From positions 134,870 through 198,869 of the forward strand of contig CAZICT010000001.1 of assembly GCA_964537935.1 (NCBI GenBank): DNA of 64,000 nucleotides, written 5' to 3'. The notes beneath the pieces are model-generated. The model worked only from the letters and a program-made list of their open reading frames with translations, was not told the origin of the DNA and ran no database searches. Shown one piece after another: positions 18,538 to 28,889 of this stretch (position 1 is its first letter; every line of letters begins with the position of its first letter). A program made the position numbers and the translations under genes. Origin of the DNA: an uncultured Candidatus Saccharibacteria bacterium. GTDB lineage: Bacteria > Patescibacteriota > Saccharimonadia > Saccharimonadales > CAZICT01.

Positions 18538-19543
18538 AACTCTCACTAAGTTTAGAAATATAATCGACGAAGCAACCGATGTTGTAATCATGCAGGCCGA
18601 TAACCCGGATGGTGATAGCCTGGCTAGTGCGCTGGCTCTCGAATCGATATTGGGCGCGATAGGCAAGGAGCCACACCTGTATTGCGGTGTGGATATTCCT
18701 ACTTACCTTCGACATTTGCCTGGTTGGGATCGGGTAACAAGCGATTTACCACGCAAAATAGACGCCACGATTATTGTCGATACTAGTGCTATTTCGCTTT
18801 TTGAGAATTTATCCAAGAGCCCTGACTATGCCCGTATTAAAAATGCTCCAGGCATAGTTATTGATCATCATGCCGCCGAACTTTCGGTTCCGTTTGCAAC
18901 CGTAAATATCAATAATCCTTCCGCGGTCGCGACCGGAGAAGTCATTTATGAAATAGCCCGTGCTCTTAACTGGCCGCTTAATTCCGTGACCCGCGACATG
19001 ATAGCCGTTTCAATTATGTCCGATAGCCTCGGTCTCGTAAGTCAGGGCACTACGGCAAGGAGCATTCATATTATTGCTGAATTGGTTGAAGCCGGCGTGG
19101 ACCTTGCAGCGCTTGATAACGCCCGAAAAGAGTTGTCACGTAAAACTCCTGAACTACTACAATACAAAGGACAGCTTTTACAGAGACTTGAGTACTATGG
19201 CGATAATCGTATTTGCACAGTCACTATTCCGTGGGAAGAGATTGTTAAATACAGTCCACTATATAATCCTTCAATGCTTGTCATTGACGAAATGCGCTAC
19301 AGCGAAGGCACTAATATTGCCATTGCATTCAAGGCTTATGCTGACGGCAAAGTTACTGCCAAGATTCGCAGCAACTATGGCATAACTATCGCTAATACCT
19401 TGGCTGAGCACTTTGGCGGCGGCGGTCATCCTTATGCTAGTGGATTTAAAGATACCAGCGGTAAACCATTAGAAGACATTAAAGCCGAATGCATAGCTAA
19501 GGCCATAGAATTACTTGATACACTACAGGTACAGAAATTATGA
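18527..19543 (+). CDS. DHH/DHHA1 phosphoesterase (NrnA-like nanoRNase / pAp phosphatase)
   Basis: DHH motif (VIDHHA), an Asp-rich N-terminal motif (ADNPDGDSLAS) and DHHA1 GGGGHPYASG. Confidence 0.85.
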   Translation: MDSKTLTKFRNIIDEATDVVIMQADNPDGDSLASALALESILGAIGKEPHLYCGVDIPTYLRHLPGWDRVTSDLPRKIDATIIVDTSAISLFENLSKSPDYARIKNAPGIVIDHHAAELSVPFATVNINNPSAVATGEVIYEIARALNWPLNSVTRDMIAVSIMSDSLGLVSQGTTARSIHIIAELVEAGVDLAALDNARKELSRKTPELLQYKGQLLQRLEYYGDNRICTVTIPWEEIVKYSPLYNPSMLVIDEMRYSEGTNIAIAFKAYADGKVTAKIRSNYGITIANTLAEHFGGGGHPYASGFKDTSGKPLEDIKAECIAKAIELLDTLQVQKL

Positions 19544-20937
19544 AATTCTACAATACACTTACAAGAAAACTTGAACCGTTTAAGCCGCGCAACGATAAGC
19601 GCGTCAGCCTGTATACCTGTGGGTTAACCGTCTACAGTCATCCACATATTGGCAACTGGACGGCTTATATTTATTGGGATGTTTTAGTGCGTAGCTTGCG
19701 ACAAGCTGGTTACCAGGTTACGCGTGTTCAAAACATCACTGATGTCGGACACCTTAGCAGTGATGAAGACAGTGGCGAAGATAAAATGGAAAAGGGCGCC
19801 AAGCGTGAAGGATTGACTGCGTGGGATATCGCTGAAAAATACATTGCAGTTGCCGATCACGAAGCATATGAACTACTTGGATTATTAAGGCCCGATTATA
19901 TGCCTAGAGCTACCGACTATATCCAGCAGCAGATCGATTTTGTAAAAATGCTTGAAGATAAAGGTCTTACGTATAAGATAGAAGGCGATGGCATTTATTT
20001 CGATACTTCCAAACTGGACGATTACGGTAAGCTCGCCCGTCTTGACATAGACGGCTTAAAGAGAGGCGCTAGAGTTCAGGATAGCGGCAAAAAGAATGTT
20101 ACTGATTTTGCTGTTTGGAAATTCAGCCCTAAAAACCAGAAACGCGATATGGAATGGGAAAGTCCGTGGGGTATAGGTTTTCCTGGCTGGCACCTTGAGT
20201 GTTCTGTTATGGCCAGGGAATTACTGGGAGATCAAATTGATATACACACCGGAGGCATTGATCATATCCCAATCCACCATACAAACGAAATCGCCCAGAC
20301 CGAAGCAGTAACCGGTAAGCCGTTTGCTGGTTATTGGTTGCACAACAACCACATTAAGATTGAAGGTGGAAAAATGGCAAAATCCACCGGTAATATCTTT
20401 ACGCTTCAAGATTTACAGGATAAAGGCTACAGTATCGAAGCTTTCAAATTAATGGTATTGTCGAGCCACTACCGCACTGAAGGCAACTTTACGTGGGAAA
20501 TTCTTGATGCTGCCCAAAATCGACTGAAGAGTCTGCAGGCTATGGCGGTACATAGATTTCAAGCCGAGAGCGTTAATGGCCTAAATAAAGATAACTTTAA
20601 AGCGTATCAGAAGGAAGTTACTGAAGCTTTGGCTAACGACCTGAATACTCCTCAGGCTTTAGCAACAATTGCTGAACTTGAAAACCAAATTGATACATCG
20701 GGAGTTAAAGATATACCGGCGTTTACGGATTTTTTGCAACTGTTAGACGAACTATTCGGGTTTAATCTGCTTAAAATAGACGACATTAGCCAGGATCAAA
20801 AGAATATAATTAATGAACGCGAAACGGCAAGAAAAAACAAAGACTGGGCGCAATCAGATAAACTTCGAGCGGAGCTTACCGACCAGGGAATAGGTCTACG
20901 TGACACTGCTTACGGCCAGGTCTGGTATTGGCTTTAG
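19540..20937 (+). CDS. cysS: Cysteine--tRNA ligase
   Basis: Class I signatures HIGN (HPHIGNW) and KMSKS (KMAKSTGN). Confidence 0.95.
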   Translation: MKFYNTLTRKLEPFKPRNDKRVSLYTCGLTVYSHPHIGNWTAYIYWDVLVRSLRQAGYQVTRVQNITDVGHLSSDEDSGEDKMEKGAKREGLTAWDIAEKYIAVADHEAYELLGLLRPDYMPRATDYIQQQIDFVKMLEDKGLTYKIEGDGIYFDTSKLDDYGKLARLDIDGLKRGARVQDSGKKNVTDFAVWKFSPKNQKRDMEWESPWGIGFPGWHLECSVMARELLGDQIDIHTGGIDHIPIHHTNEIAQTEAVTGKPFAGYWLHNNHIKIEGGKMAKSTGNIFTLQDLQDKGYSIEAFKLMVLSSHYRTEGNFTWEILDAAQNRLKSLQAMAVHRFQAESVNGLNKDNFKAYQKEVTEALANDLNTPQALATIAELENQIDTSGVKDIPAFTDFLQLLDELFGFNLLKIDDISQDQKNIINERETARKNKDWAQSDKLRAELTDQGIGLRDTAYGQVWYWL

Positions 20938-22004
20938 CTTTCTTTTTTGCGCTGTTCTAAATAATCGAGAAATAGTATCTTTAAGCATCCGGCCAGCGGA
21001 ATGGCAATAAGGGCACCTAAGAATCCTCCGAAGCCGATACCGAGTAAAGCCGCTACGAAAACCAGCAACGGACTCAGTTCATTGTATTTTGATTGAATAT
21101 ACGGTTGTAGTGATACATTCTCAATCTGTTGGTAAACGATAAAGAATATGGCCATAACAATCGCTAACGGTAAAGATACCAGCAGGCTGGAAAATACTAC
21201 TATAACCCCGCCAATGGTATTGCCGATCATAGGTATAAGTCCTGTAAATATGAGTATACCGGCCAAGGCGACAGCATTAATTGATACATCAAGCAGCGTA
21301 CTGGCAACCAGTAAGGTTACGAACGCAAATCCGGCAGCAATAAGTGACAATAAAACTTGACCGTTCACGTAACCGGTGACCACTCTATACATTTTTTCTG
21401 CAAGTTTTACCTGATGATCACGATGACGCTTAGGCAAGAGTCGTAGATAGCGTTGCTTCCATATAGGGCCCTCGACAAGCATCATGAAGGTAAGCACTAA
21501 AACAGTAATGATTGAAATAAGCGCGCTGCCAACACGGCCGGCGGTTGCGATAACAGGTTGCCTGAAGTCTGAGGTGCGTTCTCTTAAGTTTGATGTGAAG
21601 CCCTGAATTTGTTGCTGGAGATCATAGCGATCTACAAACCGCCCTATCGGCGAATCGCTACTGGAAAGAGTATCGATAGTTTGCGGCAGATTGCCAATAA
21701 AGTCGACAGTCTGACGCACTAATGGCGGCACCACATAAGAAATTAGCATGGCTAGTAAAACCACGACGATAAAATAAGATACTGCCGTTGCAGTGACACG
21801 GCTTTTTAGACGAAGCTTTCTTGATATCCAGCCAACTGCCGGGTTAAGCGCTACGCTCAAAAATGCTGCAATAAAAATAAGCTGCAATACATAGGCGATG
21901 TTTTTAAGAAACTGAAATGCCAAAATCGTAACCACGATCATTGCAATAACGCGTACGACCGTCTGATTGGATACAGTTACTTCAAGTTTGGTATTTTTAT
22001 CCAT
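20934..22004 (-). CDS. AI-2E family transporter (PerM-like permease)
   Basis: 356 aa and polytopic. The C-terminal half has the Gly-rich pattern typical of the family (IPMIGNTIGGVIVV ... GFGGFLGALIAIPLAG). Confidence 0.8.
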   Translation of the reverse strand: MDKNTKLEVTVSNQTVVRVIAMIVVTILAFQFLKNIAYVLQLIFIAAFLSVALNPAVGWISRKLRLKSRVTATAVSYFIVVVLLAMLISYVVPPLVRQTVDFIGNLPQTIDTLSSSDSPIGRFVDRYDLQQQIQGFTSNLRERTSDFRQPVIATAGRVGSALISIITVLVLTFMMLVEGPIWKQRYLRLLPKRHRDHQVKLAEKMYRVVTGYVNGQVLLSLIAAGFAFVTLLVASTLLDVSINAVALAGILIFTGLIPMIGNTIGGVIVVFSSLLVSLPLAIVMAIFFIVYQQIENVSLQPYIQSKYNELSPLLVFVAALLGIGFGGFLGALIAIPLAGCLKILFLDYLEQRKKES

Positions 22005-23164
22005 TAGTTCTTATTATCCAAATTATCACGTCGTTTTGCAATCACTTGAGTGTATATATTCAGTAATTGATTGCCGACCACCGTAACATCAAACCGCTTT
22101 ACGTAGGTCTTTTGCCACTCTTTAATGGACTCTCGCTTGGTAGCGTCATGGAGATAGGTTTCAATTTTAGCGGCGAATGTCCTTGTATCCCGCGGATCTA
22201 TAAGCAGTTCTGGACGGGGAGACATTACGGATCGGTATCCTGGGTTGTCACCAGCTAAAACAACTGACGCACCAGCTGCCATAGCTTCAATCAAAACAAT
22301 CCCGAAGCTCTCGCCGCTTAAGCTCGGAAATACGGCAACATCGGCTTTCGCTAAGTACTTTATTTTTTCCGCCTCAGTAACGAAGCCTGTAAATTTTACT
22401 ATCGATGAAAGGCCTTTTATTTCGGTATACCTTTCAAGCGCCTGGCGTTCTGGCCCTTTACCGCAAATATATACTTTGGTGTTTTTCAGTCTTGAATCAT
22501 TTTTAAGGTGAATGAGTGCTTCAAGCAAAAGTTGGCAACCTTTGCGTTTTTCTAATCTGCCTAAAAAAACTATGTTTTTGTGCCTGCTTGGCTTTGTGGA
22601 TTTTGCACTAGCAAACCGCTCGGTGTCTACAACGTTTGGCAGAACTTCAGAGTCCAACCCGAAGACTTCAAGGGCAAAGTTAGCTGCCGGCTTTGACACG
22701 CTTACGACCTTATCGAAGCGCCTTAAACTCTTGCTTATAATGGTTTTTAAAGTTTTTGAGGCGTACCTTTCGAACGTCGAGAAAGGAAGTATATGAAATG
22801 TCCCAATAACGGCCGTATATTGAGGAGCAGCCGTAATAACTCTTTGAGCCAGAAACGGGCTGTAGGGCATCTGTACATGCAGTACATCAAATTCAACCGA
22901 ATTAAACAGTTGTCGTATATTGGACCTCGAGGCAGGCAAAGGTGTCCCGACGGTATTGTGATTAAACTTAACCTTAACATTTTTGCCAACCACATGTATA
23001 TTTTTCAAATCGGTTCGCTTGGTGTTACTTACAATGTAATGAACGTCATGTCCTTGGCTGCGCAGCCACTCGCCAAGCCCCAGTACATACTGCTGTACGC
23101 CATCGGGCTTATCAAGAGAATCATCAAGTACAAAGCCGATCGTTAATTTTTTCTTTTTTTGCAT
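22004..23164 (-). CDS. Glycosyltransferase family 4 (GT-B)
   Basis: GRLEKRKG and the E-x7-E region (ESFGIVLIEAMAAGASVV). Confidence 0.85.
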   Translation of the reverse strand: MQKKKKLTIGFVLDDSLDKPDGVQQYVLGLGEWLRSQGHDVHYIVSNTKRTDLKNIHVVGKNVKVKFNHNTVGTPLPASRSNIRQLFNSVEFDVLHVQMPYSPFLAQRVITAAPQYTAVIGTFHILPFSTFERYASKTLKTIISKSLRRFDKVVSVSKPAANFALEVFGLDSEVLPNVVDTERFASAKSTKPSRHKNIVFLGRLEKRKGCQLLLEALIHLKNDSRLKNTKVYICGKGPERQALERYTEIKGLSSIVKFTGFVTEAEKIKYLAKADVAVFPSLSGESFGIVLIEAMAAGASVVLAGDNPGYRSVMSPRPELLIDPRDTRTFAAKIETYLHDATKRESIKEWQKTYVKRFDVTVVGNQLLNIYTQVIAKRRDNLDNKN

Positions 23165-24273
23165 AACGATGTATACAGCGCCTCGTATTGATCGACGATT
23201 ATTTTGTAATCAAACTGCTTTATATATTTTTTTGACCATTTTATCCAAGCATCTCTAATGCTGGCGTCAAATAAAAGAATTTCCAGGCGTCGGCCAAACT
23301 CTTCACTGTACCGCGGATTCACTAATGACACCTTGCCGGTATCTCGCAGGACCGAACTGTAACCGGGGTTATCACCAGCTACTATCGGCGTACCGAAAGC
23401 CATAGCCTCAAGAAGCACAATTCCGAAACTTTCACCATATAACGCCGGGGAGCAAAAAACATCAGCCGTCTGCAGTAATTCAAGCTTTTTATCTTCAGCG
23501 ATGAAGCCTAAGAATTTAACATTCTTTAATCCTAACTGCACGGTAAGCTGCTCCAGTTTTTGACGGTCCGGACCGTCACCGGCGATAAGCAGCTGCACAT
23601 CAGGATTGGCGGCCTGCACAAACTGCAACGCCTGCAGCAGGTACTTAACTCCTTTGCGTTTTTCTAGACGGCCAACATACAAAATGGTTGGCGGTTGTTT
23701 GCTTGGCCTGGTTATTGAGCTATCGCGTTTAAATTTTCCAAGATCAATTCCATTGGGTATAAGCGTTATCGGTTCATCGGTTAACTCACGTACATATTGA
23801 GCGGCCGCTTCACTGACAGCCGTTAACGAATCAAGATATTTCAGCACCGACTTAGTGTAAGGAGTAATAACCCTTTCTATGGTTTTGCTCATCATGGTGT
23901 CCGGTAATTTGGCATGAAAGGTGGCCACGTTAATACTGGTGCTACGAGCCAATAATTGACGGCTCATAATCGGCACCCACGGCTCATGAAAATGCAAAAT
24001 ATCGAATTGATATTCCTCCTGAAGAGAGTGTAATGCATCAGTATTGGCAGTAAAAGAAATCTGAGCAGTTGTATGGAAAGGCGACTTAACGTCAGTTGCT
24101 CCGCCAATAAAAATCATTTTTTCAGGTGACTCATCAGGTGCTTTGCGAGGCATGGGGGTCACGATGTAAGTATCGTGCCCTCGTGCCAACAACTCTGCCT
24201 GTACGGCACGTACACATTCCTGCACTCCGCCACCACGAAACATATTATAGGGACAAACCAAGCCTATTTTCAT
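23143..24273 (-). CDS. Glycosyltransferase family 4 (GT-B)
   Basis: GRLEKRKG and ESFGIVLLEAMAFGTPIV. This is a paralogue of the downstream gene and overlaps it by 22 nt. Confidence 0.85.
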   Translation of the reverse strand: MKIGLVCPYNMFRGGGVQECVRAVQAELLARGHDTYIVTPMPRKAPDESPEKMIFIGGATDVKSPFHTTAQISFTANTDALHSLQEEYQFDILHFHEPWVPIMSRQLLARSTSINVATFHAKLPDTMMSKTIERVITPYTKSVLKYLDSLTAVSEAAAQYVRELTDEPITLIPNGIDLGKFKRDSSITRPSKQPPTILYVGRLEKRKGVKYLLQALQFVQAANPDVQLLIAGDGPDRQKLEQLTVQLGLKNVKFLGFIAEDKKLELLQTADVFCSPALYGESFGIVLLEAMAFGTPIVAGDNPGYSSVLRDTGKVSLVNPRYSEEFGRRLEILLFDASIRDAWIKWSKKYIKQFDYKIIVDQYEALYTSLCKKRKN

Positions 24274-24321
24274 ACTTAACTCAAGTATACCACTACGTAA
24301 TCATCGGACCCGACGGAAGCA

Positions 24322-25260
24322 TTATGCTTTTTGCAGTACCTTGCGAAGTTTAGGCGGAATAAACGGCGCTACTTCTTCGGGAGTGGCGACTACCGTTGGC
24401 ATGTGTGCATCCAGATTGGTTTTAATGAGATGAAAATCATCATAAATCACTCTTAAATGCTGTTCGACACGATAATTATCAAAGTACTGATCTTTATCAA
24501 CGGCTACATGGTATAAAGGGACTTCAACTTGCTTGGAGCAAAGATCAACTGTGAGCATCGTTACCGTAGTGCGCATATACGTACGGAGGTCGTTGCACTT
24601 CCATAGAATGACTTCAAAAGCAATTCGTTTTTTGCGCTCAGCTTTGTCGGCGTCCTTCATTTTGGCATGCCTATTGGCGACTAGCATATAGGTGGCTTTG
24701 ATTAACGGCGCTCGGAGAAGAAATGTCTTAGCGAACCATGCAGGAAACTTGAGAGAGAAGAATCGAGAGCCATACAACATTATGTTGTATGATGATTTTT
24801 TAAACTTAAAATCATTTTTGTGAGCAAAGCCGACAACGCTGGTAACTACATCAACCTTTTTAGCAAGCTCAGGACAGCGCTGTAGCATACGGGTAGCTAC
24901 CAAAAATCCGTATGACATAGCGACAATAGTTAGTCGCTTGCGGTTATAACGAAGCTTCACAAAAGCCGCCATATAGTCTGCCATTGCATCAAGTGTTGGT
25001 GTTTGACCGATTTTATAAAACGGATCCATACCGCCAAATCCAGGTAGATCAGGCAGCGTAACAGTGCCATAAGCACTAAGTTCTTCAGCTAAAGCCTGCA
25101 TTCGCTCCAAGCTTGAATGATGACCATAAATAAGAAGTATGTTTCTGCTAGTTTTATTGGCAGACTCCACCGTTAAAAAACGCCCATTGAGGCCGTTCAT
25201 GGTGAGCGGTTTTATGATGCTAGTCGGTTTTGCTTCTTTTGTCTTTTTCGATTTTGCCAT
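24322..25260 (-). CDS. Alpha/beta-hydrolase-fold protein
   Basis: LLIYGHHSS and a nucleophile-elbow-like AMSYGF. The family call is tentative. Confidence 0.55.
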   Translation of the reverse strand: MAKSKKTKEAKPTSIIKPLTMNGLNGRFLTVESANKTSRNILLIYGHHSSLERMQALAEELSAYGTVTLPDLPGFGGMDPFYKIGQTPTLDAMADYMAAFVKLRYNRKRLTIVAMSYGFLVATRMLQRCPELAKKVDVVTSVVGFAHKNDFKFKKSSYNIMLYGSRFFSLKFPAWFAKTFLLRAPLIKATYMLVANRHAKMKDADKAERKKRIAFEVILWKCNDLRTYMRTTVTMLTVDLCSKQVEVPLYHVAVDKDQYFDNYRVEQHLRVIYDDFHLIKTNLDAHMPTVVATPEEVAPFIPPKLRKVLQKA

Positions 25261-25305
25261 TATGTGTGATCGATTAAGTAAATATTTAATACAGAGTGTA
25301 GCTAT

Positions 25306-26193
25306 CTACTGTTCTCGGACAGCATCACCCACCCATACATACTCCCAGGGTTCTGGTTCTGGGCCTTGCATTTCTGTACCTTCAGGATAACTCGGAATCC
25401 ATCCAAACTCCATAGCATTCTTATAATTATCTTCGCTAATCCAATCATGACAGATACTAAGTACGAATGCAGTACTGCCGTCTTCGCACCATAAATCAAT
25501 CGTATAACCAGTATGGTGACGGGAGTAGCCCGGAACAGCTGTAACCTCCAATACGGCATCGATCGCCGCTTCGCCTTCACCGGCAATAAGCTCGTTAAGA
25601 CTGACACGCTGATACAATCTTTCTACGAATAATTCCCGTTGGTGGTTTGGCGAACGGTAGGCAGAAACCAGACTTACAGGATATCCCGCCCGCCGCGCTG
25701 CTTCACGCATCTTTCTCCAGGAATCGGCAGCCAGGGGCTGTAATAAGTCATCCGAACCAAGACGCGGCTCATTACCGATGCGAACTATCGCAGCCTCGGG
25801 GACACTTTGCAATACATAGCCTCGTGCCTCAGCTCGCTCCCGTATACGCTTATCCACCTCATCATTTCCGGTGATTATCGGCGGGGAAACTAATATTTGG
25901 GTATTTGGGTAAACGACTGATTTATATAATTGTTTAAACTCCTCGCCGCTAAGGTCTTTTAGTGGCTTTTCAATTACAGAAAAAGGATCGTCTTCTGGCG
26001 GAGTATACCGCGGTTGGTTAGTTGTTCCGCCTTCAGAAATCGGCAACACTTGAATAACAACGTAGACGCCAATACTTATAAGTGCTCCAATAAAAATCAA
26101 CCCGATAATAAAGCCGGAAATCGGGCGGAACCTTTTGGTTTTTTTATGCCTTTTTTCCGCAGCTTTAAATTGGTGCGGCTCAATCACTCTCAT
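25306..26193 (-). CDS. Membrane-anchored D-alanyl-D-alanine carboxypeptidase (VanY / peptidase M15B)
   Basis: N-terminal TM anchor, then SAYRSPNHQRELF and PGYSRHHTGYTIDL metal-ligand motifs. Confidence 0.8.
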   Translation of the reverse strand: MRVIEPHQFKAAEKRHKKTKRFRPISGFIIGLIFIGALISIGVYVVIQVLPISEGGTTNQPRYTPPEDDPFSVIEKPLKDLSGEEFKQLYKSVVYPNTQILVSPPIITGNDEVDKRIRERAEARGYVLQSVPEAAIVRIGNEPRLGSDDLLQPLAADSWRKMREAARRAGYPVSLVSAYRSPNHQRELFVERLYQRVSLNELIAGEGEAAIDAVLEVTAVPGYSRHHTGYTIDLWCEDGSTAFVLSICHDWISEDNYKNAMEFGWIPSYPEGTEMQGPEPEPWEYVWVGDAVREQ

Positions 26194-26272
26194 ACTTGAT
26201 ATTTAGTATAGCGGGACGGGGTTATGAACGCTAATGTTTATTAATTCGCTTCAGGCAAGCGCTTTTTTATAA

Positions 26273-26313
26273 GCCACGAAAAAACTCCACACGACGTGGA
26301 GTTGTCTCGTGGC
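26273..26313 (-). terminator. Intrinsic terminator downstream of the MORN-repeat gene
   Basis: Nested hairpin: GCCACGA with TCGTGGC outside, AACTCCAC with GTGGAGTT inside. On the minus strand the inner stem is followed by TTTT. Confidence 0.55.
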
Positions 26314-26447
26314 TGAGCGTATGGATCTAGTACCAGACTTACTTGACAGGGTAGGAGCAATAATAAGGTTGAAGCATTTCAAGCCTCTATAATTAATGTC
26401 ACTGGCTGTATCAGACTAAGAAAAGTGTGGGTTTGCCGTTCGGGTTA

Positions 26448-26711
26448 TCAAATGGGTTTATCTAGCTTGCTTTTGTTGGTTACTTTGTAAACATTGCCCT
26501 GCTGGTCATACGTCGTCCATTCGCCTACAGGCTCGCCCATATCAAAATGTCCCGAACGCTTCAAGGTGCCGTCCGGACGATACCATTCCCAATATCCATT
26601 GGGTTTACCGTCAGCGACCTTGCCTTTTGACCAGCGCGTTTCACCGTTAGCGTGATACTTTATCAGGTATCCGTCTATGATTTCTGATTTTTTGGGTTCT
26701 TGTTTCGCCAT
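26448..26711 (-). CDS. MORN/YwqK-type repeat protein (87 aa)
   Basis: Repeated G-x-W-x-x-Y-x-x-x-G units (NGYWEWYRPDGTLKRSGHFDMGEPVGEWTTYDQQG). Confidence 0.7.
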   Translation of the reverse strand: MAKQEPKKSEIIDGYLIKYHANGETRWSKGKVADGKPNGYWEWYRPDGTLKRSGHFDMGEPVGEWTTYDQQGNVYKVTNKSKLDKPI

Positions 26712-27054
26712 AACCCTATATTATCAAAAAGAGCCGTAAAACGGCTCTTTTGTTTGTTCCAACAATTCGATTCAGCTTTTTCTCCTTGCATGGATATTGC
26801 TTCAGCGATAGCAGAATGAGGGACATGGGTCTCAAATTCTACTGTCGCATTTGGCTGGCCACGCAGCCCAAAATTGGAACACTATTTGACTCAGCTCGCT
26901 GATGATGCCTGAAAACTAGTAGAGCTTGAGGCGAACATGGGATGAGAATATAGCTTTTCGGATGAGGTCTATCGCGCCTTCACTTTGTACCCTACTTTTT
27001 GGCCCCCTGTATGCTTTAGGCATATTTTAAGGTTAATACGCTATAGTAATAACA

Positions 27055-27732
27055 ATGAAGGTTCTTATTATTGAAGACGAGCATAAAATTGCCAATAACA
27101 TAAAAGAGGGCTTGGCCCGCGAAGCTTATGTGGTCGATATCTGCTACGAAGGCGAACAAGGTTTAAGTACTGCACAAAGTGGCAGCTACGACATAATTAT
27201 CCTCGACCGTATGCTTCCAGGCGGTATTGACGGCATTGAAATATGCAGGACGCTCCGAGCCGAAGAGAATCATACCCCCATTCTTATGTTGACGGCCAAG
27301 GCTCAAACAAGCGACCGGATAGAAGGGCTTAACGGCGGTGCGGATGATTATCTCTCCAAACCCTTTTCGTTTGGAGAATTGCAGGCACGGCTACGTGCGC
27401 TCCTGCGACGACCCCGCGATGGGCTCAATGAAGTGCTTAGTGCGCAAGACCTTACCCTTAATACCACAACCAAAGAGGTTAAGCGAGCGGGAGTGCCTAT
27501 CCACCTTTCTGCCAAAGAGTACGCCATTCTAGAGTACATGCTCAGGAATAAGAATCGGGTTTTGAGCAAAAATCTTATTATGAATAATGTTTGGGACTTT
27601 GATGCTGATATCCTACCAAGCACCGTAGAGGTTTTTATCGTGTATTTGCGGGCCAAACTGGAAAAGCCCTTCCCTGGACCAAGATTAATTGAAACAATCA
27701 GGGGTTTTGGGTATAGGATCAACGATTTATGA
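27055..27732 (+). CDS. OmpR-family response regulator
   Basis: Receiver domain (KVLIIEDE ... IILDRMLPG ... LTAK) plus a winged-helix output (LSAKEYAILEYMLRN ... IETIRGFGYRI). Confidence 0.95.
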   Translation: MKVLIIEDEHKIANNIKEGLAREAYVVDICYEGEQGLSTAQSGSYDIIILDRMLPGGIDGIEICRTLRAEENHTPILMLTAKAQTSDRIEGLNGGADDYLSKPFSFGELQARLRALLRRPRDGLNEVLSAQDLTLNTTTKEVKRAGVPIHLSAKEYAILEYMLRNKNRVLSKNLIMNNVWDFDADILPSTVEVFIVYLRAKLEKPFPGPRLIETIRGFGYRINDL

Positions 27733-28829
27733 TGCGTTTAAGGCCCCACTTTCAACGGCCGACTCCAGCCACGATGCGGCTCAGCCTTTCATATCTAGCG
27801 ATTATCATGGTGCTAAGTCTCGGGTTCAGCCTGGTTTTCTATGGAGTCTCGATGCGTATGGGCTTGAACGTGCAGGTGCTTTCTACTATCTCTGACCCTA
27901 AGGGTGTCCCGGAGTTTACGTCAGGCCAGCCAGCGCATGGCGTCGTAACACAACCGGCTCCTGGCAATTCCACGAAAATAACGGATACCACTAATGTGGC
28001 TGAAGTTGATGAACAGCTCAAAAAACGACTTCTGGCTGTCCAGGAGTCATTAAAGAAGCTTCTTGTAGCTTTTAATGCTGGAATTCTTTGTGTCGGTAGT
28101 GTTTTCAGTTACGTGCTAGCCCGGCGTACACTACGGCCAATTGAGGCGTCCATGAATGCCCAGGCTCAATTTGCCTCAGACGCCTCGCATGAGTTTCGGA
28201 CGCCGCTGGCAGTCATGCAAACCGAACTTGAAGTGGCACTGAACCAGCCGGACCTTCGGATATCGCGAGCAAAAACGGCGCTTAAGAGCTGTTACCAGGA
28301 AGTAATCCGGCTCAAGCTGCTGTCCGATGGACTTTTGCGTTTGGCATTGACCGAACAGCGTCCAGACGTCTCAAATCCGGTTGCATTGGATGAAGTAGCT
28401 AACGAAGCGATCAATCAGCTATTAAAATCAGCGCAGGCAAAGCGTATAACAATTACTGATGACGTGCCCCGCCTGTATGTCCTGGGTGATAAGCAAGGAC
28501 TCGTGCAGATGCTGGTAATTTTGCTGGATAACGCTATTAAATATAGTCCCGATGGCACAACGGTGCGGATCATTGGTGATACGCGCGGGAAGAATGCACT
28601 GCTGCACATACAAGACCAGGGGTATGGCATAGCCAAAAAAGACATCCGGCATATTTTTGAACGGTTCTATAGGGCTGATACTTCACGTACGCGTCAGGGT
28701 ATATCGGGATACGGATTAGGCCTTTCTATTGCGTATCAAATTGCCCGGCAGCACGATGGCGCAATCAGTGTCGCAAGTGTAATAGGTGAAGGTTCGACTT
28801 TTACACTGCAACTGCCTGTTAAAAAATGA
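27729..28829 (+). CDS. Sensor histidine kinase
   Basis: Two N-terminal TM spans, H-box SHEFRTPL, and N/G boxes (LLDNAIKYS, GYGLGLSIA). It overlaps the regulator gene by 4 nt. Confidence 0.9.
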   Translation: MMRLRPHFQRPTPATMRLSLSYLAIIMVLSLGFSLVFYGVSMRMGLNVQVLSTISDPKGVPEFTSGQPAHGVVTQPAPGNSTKITDTTNVAEVDEQLKKRLLAVQESLKKLLVAFNAGILCVGSVFSYVLARRTLRPIEASMNAQAQFASDASHEFRTPLAVMQTELEVALNQPDLRISRAKTALKSCYQEVIRLKLLSDGLLRLALTEQRPDVSNPVALDEVANEAINQLLKSAQAKRITITDDVPRLYVLGDKQGLVQMLVILLDNAIKYSPDGTTVRIIGDTRGKNALLHIQDQGYGIAKKDIRHIFERFYRADTSRTRQGISGYGLGLSIAYQIARQHDGAISVASVIGEGSTFTLQLPVKK

Positions 28830-28889
28830 CGATCCTTTAGGCCTTCTTTAGGCTTAACAGTTTATCCTTGCTAGGTAACTTAAACAAGG

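Noticed and set aside
26712-27054. 343-bp ORF-free gap upstream of the response regulator, checked for an ncRNA or gene remnant.
   Set aside because: I found only a bidirectional terminator-like hairpin (AAAAGAGCCGT-AAA-ACGGCTCTTTT, 26727-26751). Translations in all frames gave nothing recognisable and I saw no known RNA motif. I leave it as intergenic/promoter DNA.
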